A DNA stretch of 64,000 nucleotides from Tubulanus polymorphus. Taxonomy: Eukaryota; Animalia; Nemertea. Below the pieces are notes generated by a model. The model saw nothing but the letters and a program-made list of their open reading frames with translations. It was not told the origin of the DNA and did not search any database. The position numbers and the translations under genes are program-made. The stretch spans positions 10,342,275 to 10,406,274 of the forward strand of contig NC_134032.1 of assembly GCF_964204645.1 (NCBI RefSeq). The letters run 5' to 3'. Positions 61,601-64,000 of the stretch are shown here, piece by piece. Numbering within the stretch: position 1 is the first letter of the stretch; the number at the start of each line of letters is the position of its first letter.

Positions 61601-62094
61601 AATTATGGCAACATTTATAGGGGACCTCTTCTTCACTCTAGGTACTATTTTTGGGGTCCGGCCCTACGCATCTTCGAGCTACTAACCTAATTGTGGTCTG
61701 GACGGTATGGAGAAATATAGAAAATTTTAATTTGCCTCATACGCGCGATTAACTTAAGGAGCTTCCAGCTCGCGCCTTCGGCGCTGGCTGTGCGCTTATA
61801 ACTTATTTATTTACTCCTTATCGATGTAAACACTTGAAATCAAATTATATCAGTAATAGATACCTGCTGGAGTGGAGTCGGATATTTTTGGGCCAAAAAA
61901 TGAGCGCAGTTTTCTCACCTGACAAACGCGGTATAAACTAATCCCAGCACAGATACAGTGAGTAGAGTTAAAGTGTGAGGTTTGTAGAAGAATTCCAGAG
62001 AGATGTCATCAACTGGCGACTCGTTAATCTCAGAGAAATGCAATTTATCCTCGGAAATACTGTTAGAATTGCGAACCCGGCGAGTGGACGCCAT
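49098..62094 (-). CDS. PTDSS1: Phosphatidylserine synthase 1 (base-exchange type), complete 12-exon gene, 494 aa
   Basis: Exons (minus): 62094-61919, 59443-59349, 59264-59220, 56692-56574, 56167-56012, 55472-55321, 54852-54793, 54702-54621, 53662-53550, 53030-52965, 52078-51916, 49355-49098. All introns are GT-AG and phase-compatible; total 1485 nt. The translation has PSS1 hallmarks [76 protein letters not shown] and [20 protein letters not shown]. Confidence 0.95.
49612..49690 (+). repeat. (GCAC)n/(AC)n microsatellite
   Basis: Seen directly; similar tract at 6195-6235. Confidence 0.95.
50277..50500 (+). repeat. ~126 bp tandem duplication of a Harbinger-like MITE left end
   Basis: AGCCCAGTTTCACAAAAAAGTTGAACTCAAATTTTT...CAAACTTA twice; matching right end TTTTTTGCGAAACCGAGCCC at ~50660-50680. 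Confidence 0.85.
50850..51400 (+). repeat. Degenerate ~60-70 bp tandem repeat interrupted by a Harbinger-like MITE (~51046-51172)
   Basis: AAATACAAATTGGGACTCAAAAATAGAG recurring; GGGCCAGTTGCTCAAA...TTTGAACAACTGACCC inserted. Confidence 0.7.
51916..52078 (-). CDS. PTDSS1: PTDSS1 exon 11 ([18 protein letters not shown]...SHSE)
   Basis: Acceptor atttcag|, donor GAG|GTAAGT. Confidence 0.92.
52146..52283. mobile_element. Harbinger-like MITE, same family as 31912
   Basis: cag|GGGCCAGGTGCACAGTC...GACTATGCAACTGGCCC|cag. Confidence 0.88.
52965..53030 (-). CDS. PTDSS1: PTDSS1 exon 10 ([21 protein letters not shown])
   Basis: Acceptor cttgtag|, donor TG|GTAAGT. Confidence 0.93.
53231..53482 (+). repeat. 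~135 bp near-identical tandem duplication
   Basis: GTTAGTTATTAGTTCTTT...AATACACCGCACTGCAGTGTAGACGCACTAGTGGTA...ATTTTCCAAA twice. Confidence 0.9.
53550..53662 (-). CDS. PTDSS1: PTDSS1 exon 9 ([13 protein letters not shown]...SAPSIR)
   Basis: Acceptor atttacag|, donor CG|GTAAGA. Confidence 0.93.
53831..54256. mobile_element. 426 bp MITE with 9 bp TSD AGGCTTCTT (Mutator/Merlin-like)
   Basis: TIRs built of GGACAATTGCCCCC repeats; TSD at 53822-53830 and 54257-54265. Confidence 0.88.
54621..54702 (-). CDS. PTDSS1: PTDSS1 exon 8 ([27 protein letters not shown])
   Basis: Acceptor ttttctag|, donor CAG|GTATCT. Confidence 0.93.
54793..54852 (-). CDS. PTDSS1: PTDSS1 exon 7 ([20 protein letters not shown])
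   Basis: Acceptor ttttcag|, donor AG|GTATGT. Confidence 0.93.
54905..55170 (+). repeat. Purine-rich GA/(GGGA)n tract
   Basis: Seen directly; similar tracts at 40720-40960, 21820-22090 and 27700-27820. Confidence 0.85.
55321..55472 (-). CDS. PTDSS1: PTDSS1 exon 6 ([34 protein letters not shown]...WESIK)
   Basis: Acceptor ttgtag|, donor AA|GTACGT; conserved core motif. Confidence 0.95.
56012..56167 (-). CDS. PTDSS1: PTDSS1 exon 5 (GHAGQC...[36 protein letters not shown])
   Basis: Acceptor ttttccag|, donor GAG|GTAATG. Confidence 0.95.
56574..56692 (-). CDS. PTDSS1: PTDSS1 exon 4 ([16 protein letters not shown]...PKEFE)
   Basis: Acceptor atttcag|, donor GAG|GTAATC. Confidence 0.92.
58709..59158. 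mobile_element. 450 bp MITE with ~165 bp TIRs and 8 bp TSD GTGGAGAC
   Basis: CGGTCATCCTTATTACCGAGATG...CATCTCGGTAATAAGGATGACCC flanked by GTGGAGAC at 58701-58708 and 59159-59166. Confidence 0.88.
59220..59264 (-). CDS. PTDSS1: PTDSS1 exon 3 ([15 protein letters not shown])
   Basis: Acceptor ttttcag|, donor G|GTACGT; conserved PSS motif. Confidence 0.95.
59349..59443 (-). CDS. PTDSS1: PTDSS1 exon 2 ([31 protein letters not shown])
   Basis: Acceptor ctcctcag|, donor G|GTGATT. Confidence 0.92.
59648..61801 (-). mobile_element. Helentron/Helitron2-like non-autonomous element
   Basis: 14 bp asymmetric inverted repeats AAGCGCACAGCCAG (59667-59680) and CTGGCTGTGCGCTT (61784-61797); hairpins at both ends; internal direct repeat; interrupts an older MITE. 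Confidence 0.6.
60859..61700. mobile_element. CAGACCA-family element (60859-61341, minus) plus an inverted partial copy (~61355-61700)
   Basis: Same TIRs as 1500-1967; arms near-identical, giving identical 68 aa and 62 aa spurious ORFs on opposite strands. Confidence 0.88.
61919..62094 (-). CDS. PTDSS1: PTDSS1 exon 1 (MASTRRVR...[25 protein letters not shown])
   Basis: Start in gcaaaATGGCG context; donor AG|GTGAGA, phase 2. Confidence 0.92.
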
Positions 62095-63776
62095 TTTGCA
62101 TTAAAACTGCGAATTTGGACGTCAACGCTAAAATACGGAAAATGAATAAAATAGATAATATACGGAAATGGACTGATACTAGCTAATATATGGAACTGGA
62201 TTGGATTATTACGGACTGAGGGATTTTAGCTTTTTTCCAGTATGTCTTAAATCGTTTTTAGGTCTTAATCTTTTTTGTGAAACTGGGCCAAGGGCAGAGA
62301 CATTTAAGCTATCGTGGGTGGGCACCCTGGGGTCCGAGTCCGCCACGAGTACGGATACCGTACTAGGAATCCGCCCGACGCACAGGCACGCCGAGGTTAG
62401 GAAACAAAACAGGATACACTAGGAACAAAACGCAGCCCAGGAGACAGGAACATGTTTCCGGGCGTTACCCTGTGCCGTGTGGTCTTCGAGAAATATTTCC
62501 GGAAACAACGTTTCCGAGGTCGGCGTGCTGCTCAGCACGGTGCGCCATGTGTGCGTTGGGCTTCGGTCAATTCGAGCACCTGATCAAGGGGTCGCTCATT
62601 GACAGTAATGATCTCCAAGGCTTGCATGAAAGCAGATAAAAGTAGGACTATTAGAAAAAAACTACACGTTTTAAATCTACCATTGAATATATTAATCGTA
62701 AACATTTTTTTTATTCAGTAACATAACCTGAGTATAAAATAAGACAGCAGATTTTGAACTTAAGAATATGAAAATAGTATCGTTTTTTTTTACAGGGAAC
62801 ACGATTACAAAAATGCTTCTACTCTGTATTACACTAAAACTAATTTACATATAAATAAAGATTTATAGTTGAGAACATTTTTCATTAAATTGATGAATTT
62901 GGCCACGTCGATACAAGAGTTGTAGCGATGATATCGTAACAGATGTTGTATTCAAACAAGCCTATGCACGTATAAAGAATTGTGCAAGAATGACACTAAA
63001 TGTAATGATAAAAAAGATGATAATCATAACAAATTGAAATTATACAAATGATAAAATATAACAACGGATATAACAAACTATTTCAGTGGCGTTGATACAA
63101 TTAAAAGAGTTAATTACACTTTAACAAAATGGACCCAGTTCGATCCAGTTATGAGATATCACTTGACCTTAGGGTTAACCTAAATTAACCCCGCTAGTAT
63201 TTAGTTGTACAAATATAATAAAATGGTTTCAATTTCAATTAATTTCGGCCAATTGGCCTTTTTGGAGGGTCTAGATTCTGGTGTAACCGCAACTTCACCC
63301 CGCGATTCGTTGCTTATGTGGAGACACCCGCATTCCCGGTTGACGATGTATCCAGGAAATGTAAATTCACCTGAAGTAACATTATAGCCTAACCTAACCC
63401 TAACCATATCGTATTCAAGTCATTGAGGTATTTTTCATCACTGGATATATCAAAATGCCCCATTACCGAAGGGCAATAATTCGAATAGAGTCAACGCCCA
63501 GGTTCGCTAAGTTGTAAGGAAAGTCATAAAGCGTAAAATGTAAAATTGATTAAGACACAGGAGCGTTTTAAGCACTTTTTTCATTATAAAAAATCATCAT
63601 CCCTTTTTTGTTTGTTTTTTCAAAACCTGAGAATTTTTACCCCGCCATTAAAGTTAAGTCATTCGATTGAAAAACTCTGAAATTATGTCTACAACTTTAC
63701 CGGCCCAGAATGTCTGGTGTTCTGTGCACCCATCATCCCCTAACCCTTGTGAATTTTTGTCTACGTCATTGTTCTG

Positions 63777-63912
63777 GGCCCAGTTGCACAGTCATTGCTT
63801 ACAGCTAAGAAAAGTCTAAGACCAACTAAGTTCTTTTCATCTAACAACTTAAGACTTTTCTTAAGATTTTAAAACCACATCTGAACTTAAGTCAGAACTG
63901 TGAAACTGAGGC
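63777..63912. mobile_element. Harbinger-like MITE, same family
   Basis: ctg|GGCCCAGTTGCACAGTC...CTGTGAAACTGAGGC|ctg. Confidence 0.75.
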
Positions 63913-64000
63913 CTGTGATTTAGGGGCATTTAGCATTTCCGCCTGAGCATGTCAGCCCCTTTCCAACCACGATCAAAATCGAGCCCAAACAAATCTGTGC

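Noticed and set aside
60874-61685. Duplicated 62-76 aa ORFs (also 1746-1943) as a small gene family
   Set aside because: They lie inside a ~480 bp non-autonomous TIR element and its inverted copy, with no splice structure or recognisable domain.
62600-63130. AT-rich stretch as the 3' UTR of a neighbouring gene
   Set aside because: Composition is suggestive, but no coding exon is visible within the window.

Overview
Eukaryotic genomic DNA, most likely an invertebrate animal: AT-rich, spliceosomal GT-AG introns, dense small transposons. I assembled three minus-strand protein-coding loci by hand from splice sites and phases. (1) A complete 12-exon phosphatidylserine synthase 1 gene (PTDSS1-like, 62094->49098, 494 aa). 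(2) An 11-exon gene for a signal peptide + 3 CUB domains + transmembrane protein (45900->7291, ~553 aa) with a ~31 kb first intron. (3) The 5' part of an ankyrin-like gene at the left edge (1224->338, continuing out of the window). In this third gene the spliced frame is interrupted by one in-frame TGA followed by a stem-loop, and 30 nt later by a CTG in start-codon context. It is therefore a candidate for readthrough/Sec recoding or uORF-controlled CUG initiation, and is the most interesting signal here. A variant tRNA-Arg(TCG) lies antisense inside the CUB intron. The rest is non-autonomous DNA transposons (Harbinger-like with CWG TSDs, 8-9 bp TSD MITEs, a fold-back element, a Helentron/Helitron2-like element in a three-level nest), tRNA-derived SINE-like pieces, TE-derived minisatellites and a dispersed CRE+YY1-like module. 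Most ORFs in the supplied track are spurious. No searches were run; family names come from motif recognition.
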